This document shows positions 1 through 12,053 of a stretch of 64,000 nt of DNA, piece after piece. The position numbers were made by a program, and so were the translations under genes. Every line of letters begins with the position of its first letter. Position 1 is the stretch's first letter. The notes under the pieces were generated by a model, which saw only the letters and a list, made by a program, of their open reading frames with translations, searched no databases and had not been told where the DNA came from. The stretch lies in assembly GCA_950097015.1 (NCBI GenBank), contig CATNEN010000003.1:8308001-8372000 (forward strand), written 5' to 3'. Origin of the DNA: Macrostomum hystrix. Lineage: Eukaryota > Animalia > Platyhelminthes.

Positions 1-259
1 TTGCAGTGACTGTATAAAAAAATCGTCACTAATCTGGTATCCAAATTCCAAACATATAGTCTATGGCCTAATCAGTCGTTTTAATATAATAGAAAATAGA
101 CGTAGGTGAAGTTTAGGGTTCAATAAAATATCTTTATTTTATCCAATGAAATGGACATATAATGTCGTTCGACCACTTCGCCAGATAACTTCTATGGTTA
201 TAACTGTTTCAGCCATTTTTGCCCGAGCTCTAATAGAAGCGCCAGGAGTTTACCGAGAC

Positions 260-3200
260 ATGTCTGACGAGGTTGTCACCGTTGTTAATAATAGTCCGAT
301 TATTAATTCGTCTACAACTGCTGCTATTGGTAAGAAGATTGCTAATAGCATGCCTGATGACGAGGCTGCGAATGGTAATAATAGTATAGAGAATGGAGCT
401 GAAAATGCTGTTAACGCTGAATCAATGGACGAAGACTCAACTACTGATGATGCTGCAGTCAGTGGTAAGTGTTTTGTTTTTAGTTTGTTGGCTTTTTAAC
501 AATAAAAATACTCCGAGGCAAATAGTTTTTCTGTATCTCCCAACATGTTCAACCGATCGCAAATAGTACGTATAATAATAATAATTGCACGAGGGCTGAG
601 GGCAATTGCACATCATTTAGTGACACTAGACCCGCAACCAGCGAGGAGGCAATTCTGCCCATTTCGCTGACTCCTGAGCACACAAGCGCACAGATACTGT
701 ACGCAGGCATACGCTCACACAGGTGTGTACATCTGCCCTGACTTTCTCATCGTCTGGCAGTGTACACTCTCACTGTGCCTTGGAGGTTGGCCTACAAGGG
801 CGTAAATTGCACGACAAGCCCCCAAGCCTTCTCTCTTCGCGGGTGCGCCCCAAATCAATGTGGCCTCGCCGTGGAATCGAACTTATGGTCCGTGGTGCGA
901 GAGGCAAACGCGTTAACCGCTCTGCCACCTACTTACTTTAATTTTCCGCTCAACTTCCGATAAAACAACTTCCAGAATCACCTATCATCAGGTGATCTGG
1001 TGACAAAATCCACCAACATATTTTGAATTTTTCTATACATGTCTGCTATTTTATTGTGGATTATTATACTATTAATCCAATATGTATTCGTCGTTTATGC
1101 AAGAGCTATTTTAGTCGTCCGTGTCACCAGGGTCTTTGACAAGAATCGTTGAATATCTCGACGATGTTCATTGACTATGCTGTGGTATTTCTCCAGGAGA
1201 AAACGCGGTGGTCTTTATACTGTTAATAAATTAATCGAATATAATGTGTTCCTCCAGACAATCGCACTGCCATTGAGTCTACACCAGAGCAGTCCGGTGA
1301 TCATTGTTCAACAGTTACCGACAAGGCTGAATTAGCTGACAGCTCTCAGAAGCAAGATAAGACCAAGACTGTAGCCGATAGCGCTAGTACTAATAATAAC
1401 GGGAAAGGTTGCCCAGATACCGCCGAGGTCAAAGGCAAAAATGTGTCCACAGACATGTACACTAATAAAGACAATGGAGCGGACACTAGCCTGCACGAGT
1501 CCGCTGCTGACAGACACGGTTTTAGCGATGCTATAAATGATGAAGACAATCGTCAGCGTCATCATCCCCATGATGTGCCAGCAGATGAAGAACTCGAAGA
1601 GGATGACGCCGAGTCTCCCGAAGGCGCCGATGATGATGATCAGCGCAGTCGAAGCCGCGGTGGAGCTCGCAGGAAACGAACTTCTGGTGTCAGCCTCAAT
1701 GGTACTAATAGCGTGGTTGGTGTTGGTGAGTTAATTACCGTTTATTGAGGCTTTTATATGAGACTCGTGGATCAGAACGTCATTTGTCATTTGGGATCAG
1801 ATAGATGGTAATTGGTCATTTGGGATCAGATAGATGGAAATTGGTCATTTGGGATCAGATAGATGGTCATTGGTCATTTGGGATCAGATAGATGGTCATT
1901 GGTCATTTGGGTTAAAATCGTCATTGTTCATTTGGGATCAGATAGATGGTCATTGGTCATTTGGGATCAGATAGATGGTCATTGGTCATTTGGGATCAGA
2001 TAGATGGTCATTGGTCATTTGGGATCAGATAGATGGTAATTGGTCATTTGGGATCAGATAGATGGTAATTGGTCATTTGGGATCAGATAGATGGTCATTG
2101 GTCATTTGGGATCAGATAGATGGTCATTGGTCATTTGGGATCAGATAGATGGTCATTGGTCATTTCGGATCAGATAGATGGTCATTGGTCATTTGGGTTA
2201 AAATCGTCATTGTTCATTTGGGATCAGATAGATGGTCATTAGTCATTTGGGTTAAAATCGTCATTGATTATTTGGGATCAGATTGTCATTGGTCATATGG
2301 AATCAGATAATAATTTGTCAAACAGGATGATATGGTCATTTTGGATCAAATGGTTATTTGTCAAATAGGATCAGATGGTCATGCTTAATTAAAAAATCAA
2401 TGCCACCCACACGTGCCAGGCAAGCGGCCGAGGCGTAGATCCAAATCTTCACAGCCCGGCACTAACGACGAAGAATCAGCTGACGACGAAAAAGAGAAGG
2501 ATAAAAGTTTTCCTCTATCCCAAAGTGGCTTTAAATCTGATAGCGACAGATTCTGCTGGCGCTGTCATCGCGAATGTCGCATCGGAGGCGGTGGCGGCAT
2601 CCTTCACTGCGCCGCCTGTCAGCGCGTCTTTCATCACCGTTGCGCCCCGACCCTCGGCTCCGCCGCCGCCGCCGGTCCAGTTTCGCCAGCCGGCGGGTCA
2701 CCGGCTGCCAACTCTGCCGCTGTCGACGGTTCGTCGTCCGCATCGTCGTCGGGGACGACATCCGTTGGCCGCATCGTGTGCTCCGACTGCAATCGCGCAC
2801 TAGAACTGGAGACGGCGCTAGCTAGCCGGCCTGATGCCATGGAACGCCTTGGTCATCTGGCCGACGCTCTCGGCATTCTGTGCGACCTGATCGCAGCCCT
2901 GCCCAAATCCGAGCCATTCAGAGAGCCTGTGTCAGCGGACGTAGCGCCAGACTATGCCGTATTCGTCTGCCACCCGACAGATCTATCTAGCCTTAGGTCG
3001 CGAGCCCTTCAACGCAACTTTGCGAGCGTTGACGCATTCTTAGCCGAAGCTAAATGGTTGCTGCATAATTGCATTGTTTATAACGGTTCTCAGGTAAGCG
3101 GGTATAGTTTTAGCTTAATCAAAGATTTGTTTCATTAAAAAATGACTTTGAAAGAAATCTTAAATATAATTAGCTGTAATATTTAAATTTCGTTCTGGAA

Positions 3201-6200
3201 ATTTAGTCCAACAATTTGGAGTTAATTTTATGAGTCTGTTCAAATGTTTTTGGTTTCTATCTTTCTTTCCATTGGTGTACCAATTGAGCTTTCTATCTAG
3301 GAATTGGTGTACCAATTCAGGTTTCCATCTAGGAATTGGTGTACCAATTCAGGTTTCTATTTAGGAATTGGTGTACCAATTCAGGTTTCCATCTAGGAAT
3401 TGGTGTACCAATTCAGGTTTCTATTTAGGAATTGGTGTACCAATTAAGCTTTCTATCTAGGAATTGGTGTACCAATTGAGGTTTCTATTTGGGAATTGGT
3501 GTGCCAATTCAGGTTTCTATTTAGGAATTGGTGCACCAATTGAGGTTTCTATCTAGGAATTGGTGTACCAATTCAGGTTTCTATTTAGGAATTGGTGTAC
3601 CAATTCAGGTTTCTATCTAGGAATTGGTGTACCAATTCAGGTTTCTATTTAGGAATTGGTGTACCAATTCAGGTTTCTATTTAGGAATTGGTGTACCAAT
3701 TCAGGTTTCTATTTAGGAATTGGTGTACTAATTCAGGTTTCCATCTAGGAATTGGTGTACCAATTCAGGTTTCTATTTAGGAATTGGTGTACCAATTCAG
3801 GTTTCTATTTAGGAATTGGTGTACCAATTCAGGTTTCTATTTAGGAATTGGTGTACTAATTCAGGTTTCCATCTAGGAATTGGTGTACCAATTCAGGTTT
3901 CTATTTAGGAATTGGTGTACCAATTAAGCTTTCTATCTAGGAATTGGTGTACCAATTGAGGTTTCTATCTAGGAATTGGTGTGCCAATTCAGGTTTCTAT
4001 TTAGGAATTGGTGTACCAATTCAGGTTTCTATTTAGGAATTGGTGTACCAATTCAGGTTTCTATTTAGGAATTGGTGCACCAATTGAGGTTTCTATCTAG
4101 GAATTGGTGTACCAATTCAGGTTTCTATTTAGGAATTGGTGTACCAATTCAGGTTTCCATCTAGGAATTGGTGTACCAATTCAGGTTTCTATTTAGGAAT
4201 TGGTGTACCAATTAAGCTTTCTATCTAGGAATTGGTGTACCAATTGAGGTTTCTATCTAGGAATTGGTGTGCCAATTCAGGTTTCTATTTAGGAATTGGT
4301 GTACCAATTCAGGTTTCTATTTAGGAATTGGTGCACCAATTGAGGTTTCTATCTAGGAATTGGTGTACCAATTCAGGTTTCTATTTAGGAATTGGTGTAC
4401 CAATTCAGGTTTCTATTTAGGAATTGGTGTACCAATTCAGGTTTCCATCTAGGAATTGGTGTACCAATTCAGGTTTCTATTTAGGAATTGGTGTACCAAT
4501 TAAGCTTTCTATCTAGGAATTGGTGTACCAATTGAGGTTTCTATCTAGGAATGGGTGTGCCAATTCAGGTTTCTATTTAGGAATTGGTGTACCAATTCAG
4601 GTTTCCATCTAGGAATTGGTGTACCAATTCAGGTTTCTATTTAGGAATTGGTGTACCAATTCAGGTTTCTATTTAGGAATTGGTGTACCAATTCAGGTTT
4701 CTATTTAGGAATTGGTGTACCAATTCAGGTTTCCATCTAGGAATTGGTGTACCAATTCAGGTTTCTATTTAGGAATTGGTGTACCAATTAAGCTTTCTAT
4801 CTAGGAATTGGTGTACCAATTGAGGTTTCTATCTAGGAATTGGTGTACCAATTCAGGTTTCTATTTAGGAATTGGTGTACCAATTCAGGTTTCTATTTAG
4901 GAATTGGTGCACCAATTGAGGTTTCTATCTAGGAATTGGTGTACCAATTCAGGTTTCTATTTAGGAATTGGTGTACCAATTCAGGTTTCTATCTAGGAAT
5001 TGGTGTACCAATTCAGGTTTCTATTAGTTCTAAACCTCTCCTGGTTTAGAACTCCGAAGCTTTCACACCAATGTCCAAGAGATCTGAAACTGTTATTAAT
5101 ATCCCAAATCAATCCCATACCATTGCCAGGCGCCCATAACTCTAGCGGCTAAGCAGCTGATGCAGGCTATTAAACGCGAAGCAGCCAGTCTTGAACAATG
5201 CCCAACCTGCTATCTGTACGGAGATCGCAAGTTCGCGTCCCTGTGCCCAACTGCTCACCCGCTGGTTTGGGCCCGACTGCGCCACTGGCCGCAATGGCCT
5301 GGCAAGGTGGTGTCGCGCAGGCAGGACGGCAGTCTAGAGATTGCCTTCTTCGGCACTCACGATCGTGCTGTACTGCCAGCCAGCTGTGTCACATTTCACA
5401 GTCCGGAAAGCGGAGTCCGCGGCGCCGGCGCGGTCGAGGATTCTCAACTGGAGCTGGCACTACGCGAATTGGCAACGCATATAAAAAATCTGCAGGGCAG
5501 GTTGGTTAAATTTTTCTAATTATTTGCTATTTACAATAAAGTACCCTTTTATATAATGAATTTCTTTTCCCATTTTCCCTGTATTGTTTTTTTAACCCGA
5601 TTTGATGCAACAATCTTCAGTTTAATCCCATTTTATCCACAATCTTCAGTTTAATCCCATTTTATTTACAATCTTCAGTTTAATCCCATTTCATTCCACA
5701 ATCTTCAGTTTAATTCCATTTTATCCACAATCTTCAGTTTAATCCCATTTTATTGACAATCTTCAGTTTTATCCCATTTTATTCCACAATCTTCAGTTTA
5801 ATCCCATTTTATTCCACAATCTTCAGTGTAATCCCATTTTATTCCACAATCTTCAGTTTAGTCCCATTTTATTCCACAATCTTCAGTTTAATCTCATTTT
5901 ATTCCACAATCTTCAGTTTAATCCCATTTTATTCCACAATCTTCAGTTTAATCCCATTTTATCCACAATCTTCAGTTTAATTCCATTCTATCCACAATCT
6001 TCAGTTTTATCTCATTTTATTCCACTATCTTCAGTTTAATCCCATTTCATTCCACAATCTTCAGTTTAATCCCATTTTATTCCACAATCTTCAGTTTAAT
6101 CCCATTTTATCCACAATCTTCAGTTTAATTCCATTCTATCCACAATCTTCAGTTTTATCTCATTTTATTCCACTATCTTCAGTTTAATCCCATTTCATTC

Positions 6201-9200
6201 CACAATCTTCAGTTTAATCCCATTTCATTCCACAATCTTCAGTTTAATCCCATTTTATTCCACAATCTTCAGTTTAATCCCATTTTATTCCACAATCTTC
6301 AGTTTAATCCCATTTCATTCCACAATCTTCAGTTTAATCCCATTTTATTCCACAATCTTCAGTTTAATCCCATTTCATTCCACAATATTCAGTTTAATCC
6401 CATTTCATTCCACAATCTTCAGTTTAATCCCATTTCATTCCACAATCTTCAGTTTAATCCCATTTTATTCCACAATATTCAGTTTAATCTCATTTCATTC
6501 CACAATCTTCAGTTTAATCCCATTTTATTCCACAATCTTCAGTTTAATCCCATTTCATTCCACAATCTTCAGTTTAATCCCATTTCATTCCACTATCTTC
6601 AGTTTAATCCCATTTTATCCACAATCTTCAGTTTAATCCCATTTTATTCCACAATCTTCAGTTTAATCCCACTTCATTCCACAATCTTCAGTTTAATCCC
6701 ATTTTATTCCACAATCTTCAGTTTAATCCCATTTTATTCCACAATCTTCAGTTTAATCCCATTTCATTCCACAATCTTCAGTTTAATCCCATTTTATTCC
6801 ACAATCTTCGGTTAAATCTGTTTATCTGAATCCTGCAGTCATCAGTCAAATCCCACTTTATTACTGATTCATTTATTTCTAGCTCGAACTTCTGGCAGTA
6901 ATGTGTTTCATATTTTTCCCCATTATCCTCAAATAATTGGATCCTAGCTTAATTTATCGTGTTTTTATCCTCCTATTTTGTGTCTCATTCCCAGATTTCC
7001 GCTTTAATCAAAACTTCCTTATGTTTAGTTTTATTTTTTACATTTTTATCTACATTTGTCCACTCAGCCACTGTGCATCACAGCTTCGCTTGATTCTAAT
7101 TAAAAAAAACACAGTTTTAGCTTGATCTTTCTCTTTGCCGCAACAGATACGGCGAAGCCCTTCAACTGCCGGCTCCGGACACGCCCTACTCCGACGAACT
7201 AGCCGAACAACTGTTTACCGGCCTTCGACCGAAATCCGGCTCAGCGGGCTCGTCTACCGGTGCCAAACGGCCTCGTAGATCATCTCGAGCATCGATCGGC
7301 ACGGACAATCAGCAGCAGCCACCCGGCAGGCCTAGCAGCCGCGGCGGCGGTGGCAGCGGCTCATCGTTAGTCTTTTCCAACCTGTCGCCAGCTGTTGATG
7401 TGAAATCGAATCATGAGTTGCAGCAGCCACCCTGTGTTGCTACTGTCTCTGCATCTTGCTCTGTTGGCACAGTCGATGGTAAGCTAGTTTTTTTCGATTC
7501 TCTCTCAAATCCTCTCGAGTTGGATCCCAATTTATTTCCAAGATCCTCGCCAGTTTAATCCCATTTTCTATCCAAGATTCTTAAGAGTTGGATCCCAATT
7601 TCTTTCCTAGATCCTCATGAGTTTGATCCCAATTTCTTTCCTAGATCCTCATGAGTTTGATCCCAATTTATTTCCAAGATCCTCGCCAGTTTAATCCCAT
7701 TTTCTATCCAAGATTCTTAAGAGTTTGATCCCAATTTCTTTCCTAGATCCTCATGAGTTTGATCCCAATTTCTTTCCTAGATCCTCATGAGTTTGATCCC
7801 AATTTATTTCCAAGATCCTCGCCAGTTTAATCCCATTTTCTATCCAAGATTCTTAAGAGTTTGATCCCAATTTCTTTCCTAGATCCTCATGAGTTTGATC
7901 CCAATTTCTTTCCTAGATCCTCATGAGTTTGATCCCAATTTATTTCCTAAATCCTCATTAGTTTGATCCCATTTTGTATCCAAGATTCTTAAGAGTTAGA
8001 TCCTAAAATATTTTCTAGATCCGTACGCGTTTGATTCCAATTTATTTCCTCGATCTTCATGGGTTTGATCCCAATAAATATTCACGATCCTCCCTTACTC
8101 AATAGGTGCTCACTCGGAGCCGCAATCTCACGCCAATGCCAGCTCAGCATCGAGTTCAACGGTGCCTAAACAAAGCAACCGAACTGGTTCGAATCCTGCT
8201 ACATCTCCTATGGACAGCATTAGTAACACTGATAATACAAATATTAATCATCATAGTGGCAATGATGCCACTTTGAAAACTGTTCAGACGCCAGTTGAAA
8301 AATTGCCAATCAGTTCTATAAACAACTCGGCTAATGACGGTTAGCTCGCTATTCTTATTTTATAAGTTTTTCCCCTAGTTTATCAATCATATAATTTAGC
8401 TCCCATATAATACCCACAGCTTCAGTTAGTGGCAATGGAACTTCGACTACATCAGTCTCATCTACGACTATAGCACCGGCACCAGCGCCAGCACCAGCGC
8501 CAGCGCCAGCACCAGCAGCCACTGATCCCTGGCTTGAGCAGATGCGTGCTATAGCTGTGAGATCATTCTCTCAAGCATTGGAGCATAGCCTAGCTCAATT
8601 AGCTCGCGGTTGTCAGCCAAATTCGTCTTCTTTGTCAACTTCTCCTACTATTGACCTGCCAATTGAAGCTACTACATTACAGAAGCCGCCTCATTTGCAG
8701 CAGCAGCAGCAGCAGCCAGTTGCAGTCAATTTAGCTGAAGAAATCAATTCTCTAAAGCAGAAGCTTCTCATATTAAACAGGCAGCATGCGGCAGATCGCG
8801 CCAAACTACTGTTCCGTCATCAGCTGCAGATCCACGAGATGGAGCACAATCACCGCCTAGCTATGTGCGAACAGAGAGCAGCTTTTGACATTGAGAAACA
8901 GAAAGTGCTTAGCGACGCTGTGCACTCTTTGGAGTCGGAATTGAAGCGAAAAATAGACGACACAAAGAAGAAGCAATGGTGCGCCTATTGTAGGAAGGAG
9001 GCATTCTTTTATTGCTGCTGGAACACATCCTACTGTGACACAGCCTGCCAGCAGAAGCATTGGCCGCAGCATATGGCAACCTGTACTCAGGCTAGGGCCA
9101 CTGTTGTGCCTCCGGTAGCTGCCGTTAATCCGAATAGTCTCTCTGCCGCAGTGGCCGCCGCCGCTGCCGCTTCATCGTCGGCGGCTTCAACAGTGCAAGG

Positions 9201-9249
9201 CGGATCGGGTTCTAGTTCTGCATCCTACAGACAGCTCATTGGACGATGA
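260..9249 (+). CDS. ZMYND8: ZMYND8/PRKCBP1/RACK7-like chromatin reader (PHD-bromodomain-PWWP-MYND), 7 coding exons
   Basis: In-frame GT-AG exons: 260-464, 1258-1725, 2420-3093, 5130-5500, 7147-7478, 8106-8339, 8420-9249. Domains: PHD (FCWRCH..CAACQRVFHHRC..CSDC), bromodomain (EPFREPV..PDY..P.DL..LLHNCIVYNG), PWWP (VWARLRHWPQWPGK..FFGTHDRA) and MYND (KKKQWCAYCRKEAFFYCCWNTSYCDTACQQKHWPQH), which is ZMYND8-type rather than ZMYND11-type. The ATG at 260 is inferred. Confidence 0.9.
572..930 (-). mobile_element. tRNA-derived SINE, near full length, antisense in ZMYND8 intron 1
   Basis: The reverse complement starts GGTGGCAGAGCGG (A box)...GTTCGATTCC (B box) and ends in an (ATT)n tail. Homologous to copies at 12455, 25605, 32812 and 33006. 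Confidence 0.85.
1780..2345. repeat. Minisatellite, 29-bp unit GGTCATTTGGGATCAGATAGATGGTCATT (ZMYND8 intron 2)
   Basis: Tandem periodicity of 29 with degenerate edges. Confidence 0.95.
3271..5026. repeat. Minisatellite, 32-bp palindrome-containing unit GAATTGGTGTACCAATTCAGGTTTCTATYTAG, ~55 copies (ZMYND8 intron 3)
   Basis: Period 32, no spacers. The variant CAATTAAGCT recurs at 3441, 3921, 4209, 4497 and 4785. Confidence 0.97.
5608..6810. repeat. Minisatellite, 30-bp unit CCACAATCTTCAGTTTAATCCCATTTTATT (ZMYND8 intron 4)
   Basis: Period 29-30, ~40 copies. Confidence 0.96.
7505..8090. repeat. Minisatellite, 34-bp unit (GAGTTTGATCCCAATTTCTTTCCTAGATCCTCAT) with a 136-bp 4-mer higher-order repeat (ZMYND8 intron 5)
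   Basis: Period 34. The CCTCGCCAG variant occurs at 7545, 7681 and 7817. Confidence 0.93.
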
Positions 9250-10697
9250 TTGATTAGTTTTATTAATCTAACATTTATAATGCTTTTCTCCTATCGGTTG
9301 TATCTAGCTAGAATTAATTCAGAAAATCATATTCAAAGTTCTCTACTTCTTAGTAGAGTAGTAGGAGTGTTGTAGCGATAATAATATATATTCAGACAGT
9401 CCCTAAATCACTCAAATTCTAATAAATAGCCACGATATATGTATATGTATATGTCACTTTATTTCCTGATATTGTAGCTCAATAAACCAATGTAACAGAC
9501 TATTTCGAATGTTGATAAACGGTGCTTCATATGATTATGTAACTTGTTATAAGGTCCAGTAAGCCAGTAAGATCAAGCAAGACGCTTTAGATTTGTTTGA
9601 ATCTGTTCGATAGCAAGCCTGTCTCCAATGTTTATGTTTTACCTGTTTATAGTTCATTAGTATGTTTTGAAAAAAACAATATGATTTTTGTTTCCGTTTT
9701 TACACTCTTAGCACTGGTTTATCTACAGTTCACTAGGTTTCATAAACTACAGTTGTCCTGTCTGCTTTGTTTTCAAATTCATTGAAACTTTTTTTATTTA
9801 AAAAGCACACATTGCTTAAATTGTTCATTCCTTATGCGTGTGTTATACTTTTTTTCAATTTCAATAAACCTACTCGTGTAATAACAACATAATATGTTTA
9901 CTTAAATCATTATTTTGCATCATCGTTATCATAAGTTTTTACTTTCAGTAGTATAATAGTGCACATTTTGTTTCCCTATCGGATTTAGGAAGTTCTTTAA
10001 ATTAAAAGAACTTTAAGTTTTTCTCTCTTTTATTTAATCTTTTGTAAATAACCCAGACTTTGCTAAGTGATTATTAATTATTTAAATTTGTGTGAAAGCT
10101 TTCAATTTACTTTTAGGAATAAGAAAAAATTAAAATTAATTAATGCGCCTGCTTGCCCATGTTAGTTGAATCAGTCTTTTTAATTTAAAACGTCATTTGT
10201 CATTTAAGCAACTTGCACAACTGAGTGTTCTGTTCAATTCAATAAAGTGTACTTTTATTCGTTCAATAATTTTTTTAGCATAAAGTTGCACCTATATGTG
10301 TATGCTTTTGTGTACTCTGATAATATAGTTAATTGTTGAAGTCTCAGAGAAGTGTACAGCACATTTTTGTTTGTCTAGTTTTCCCTGCCACTAAAAAAAT
10401 AACAAAACGGTTTCTTGTGTTTTTCTGTTTGTATACATATTTGTCACTTTATTTGTCTGTTTTTTATGAAATCAGCAACAAAATCAGTGTCTCCCTATCG
10501 TACATAATATACGAATTTTTCGTCACTTCATAATTCATTTTTTATAGTTTCCTTAATTATAATGTAATACCCATTGCTATGAAAACATGCGTTTGTTCAA
10601 TAATCCCCTGTTACTGTGAAGAAACAGTTTTAATAAAAGATAAAAACCAACTGTTCCGTGAAAAATTCTGCCCCATTGTCTTTTGGTGTTTTCATGA

Positions 10698-11870
10698 GCC
10701 AAGTGTGGGATAACTGCAGTTAAGAATGCCAAGTGAGGGATAACTGCACTTTAGAAGGCCAAGTATGGGATAACTGCAGTTTAGAAGGCCAAGTGTGGGA
10801 TAGCTGCAGTTAAGAAGGCCAAGTGTGGGATAGCTGCAGTTTAGAAGGCCAAGTGTGGGATAGCTGCAGTTAAGAAGGCCAAGTGTGGGATAACTGCAGT
10901 TTAGAATGCCAAGTGAGGGATAACTGCAGTTTAGAAGGCCAAGTGTGGGATAACTGCAGTTAAGAAGGCCAAGTGTGGGATAGCTGCAGTTAAGAAGGCC
11001 AAGTGTGGGATAACTGCAGTTTAGAATGCCAAGTGAGGGATAACTGCAGTTTAGAAGGCCAAGTGTGGGATAACTGCAGTTAAGAAGGCCAAGTGTGGGA
11101 TAGCTGCAGTTAAGAAGGCCAAGTGTGGGATAGCTGCAGTTTAGAAGGCCAAGTGTGGGATAGCTGCAGTTAAGAAGGCCAAGTGAGGGATAACTGCAGT
11201 TTAGAAGGCCGTGTGGGATAACTGCAGTTAAGAAGGCCAAGTGTGGGATAGCTGCAGTTAAGAAGGCCAAGTGTGGGATAGCTGCAGTTTAGAAGGCCAA
11301 GTGTGGGATAGCTGCAGTTTAGAAGGCCAAGTGTGGGATAACTGCAGTTTAGAATGCCAAGTGAGGGATAACTGCAGTTTAGAAGGCCAAATGTGGGATA
11401 GCTGCAGTTTACTAAGTCAATTGTGAGATAACTGCAGTTTAGAAGGCCAAGTGTGGGATAACTGCATTTTAGAAGGCCAAGTGTGGGATAACTGCAGTTT
11501 AGAAGGCCAAGTGTGGGATAACTGCAGTTTAGAATGCCAAGTATGAGATAACTGCAGTTTAGAAGGCCAAGTGTGGGATAACTGCAGTTTAGAAGGCCAA
11601 GTGTGGGATAACTGCAGTTTAGAAGGCCAAGTGTGAGATAACTGCAGTTTAGAATGCCAAGTGTGGGATAACTGCATTTTAGAAGGCCAAGTGTGGGATA
11701 ACTGCAGTTTAGAATGCCAAGTATGAGATAACTGCAGTTTAGAAGGCCAAGTGTGGGATAACTGCAGTTTAGAAGGCCAAGTGTGGGATAACTGCAGTTT
11801 AGAAGGCCAAGTGTGAGATAAATACAGTTTAGAAGGCCAAGTGTGGGATAAATACAGTTTAGAAGGCGAA
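10698..11870. repeat. Minisatellite, 30-bp unit GCCAAGTGTGGGATAACTGCAGTTTAGAAG, upstream of the RUN-PDZ-PTB gene (possibly a 5'UTR intron)
   Basis: Period 30. An acceptor-like CTTCAG ends at 11920. Confidence 0.95.
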
Positions 11871-12053
11871 TGCATATAAATTGGGAATAATATGTAATTT
11901 AACTAACTTACAAACTTCAGGTCTCATCCCGTTATTAGCGCACTAAGCCATCATCAAATGCCTTCTCGATCTAGCAAATTAGTCGATAAATATTAGCAAA
12001 AAGAATCTTCGAAAGCAACCCAAAGCAGATAGACAGCTCTGGTCCGTTATAAA

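Noticed and set aside
723-963. Short ORFs in SINE copies (also 12192-12608, 25805-26029, 32809-33275)
   Set aside because: Chance ORFs within non-coding SINE sequence.
3271-5026. CRISPR-like array of palindromic 32-bp repeats
   Set aside because: The units are directly adjacent with no unique spacers, there are no cas genes, and it lies inside a eukaryotic intron.
10692-11875. Repetitive ORFs (LLNCSYPTLG)n and (KLQLSHTWPS)n; likewise 5753-5980, 18925-20166, 23473-23769, 31608-32304 and 63294-63599
   Set aside because: These are translations of minisatellites that happen to lack stops in one frame. They are intronic or intergenic.
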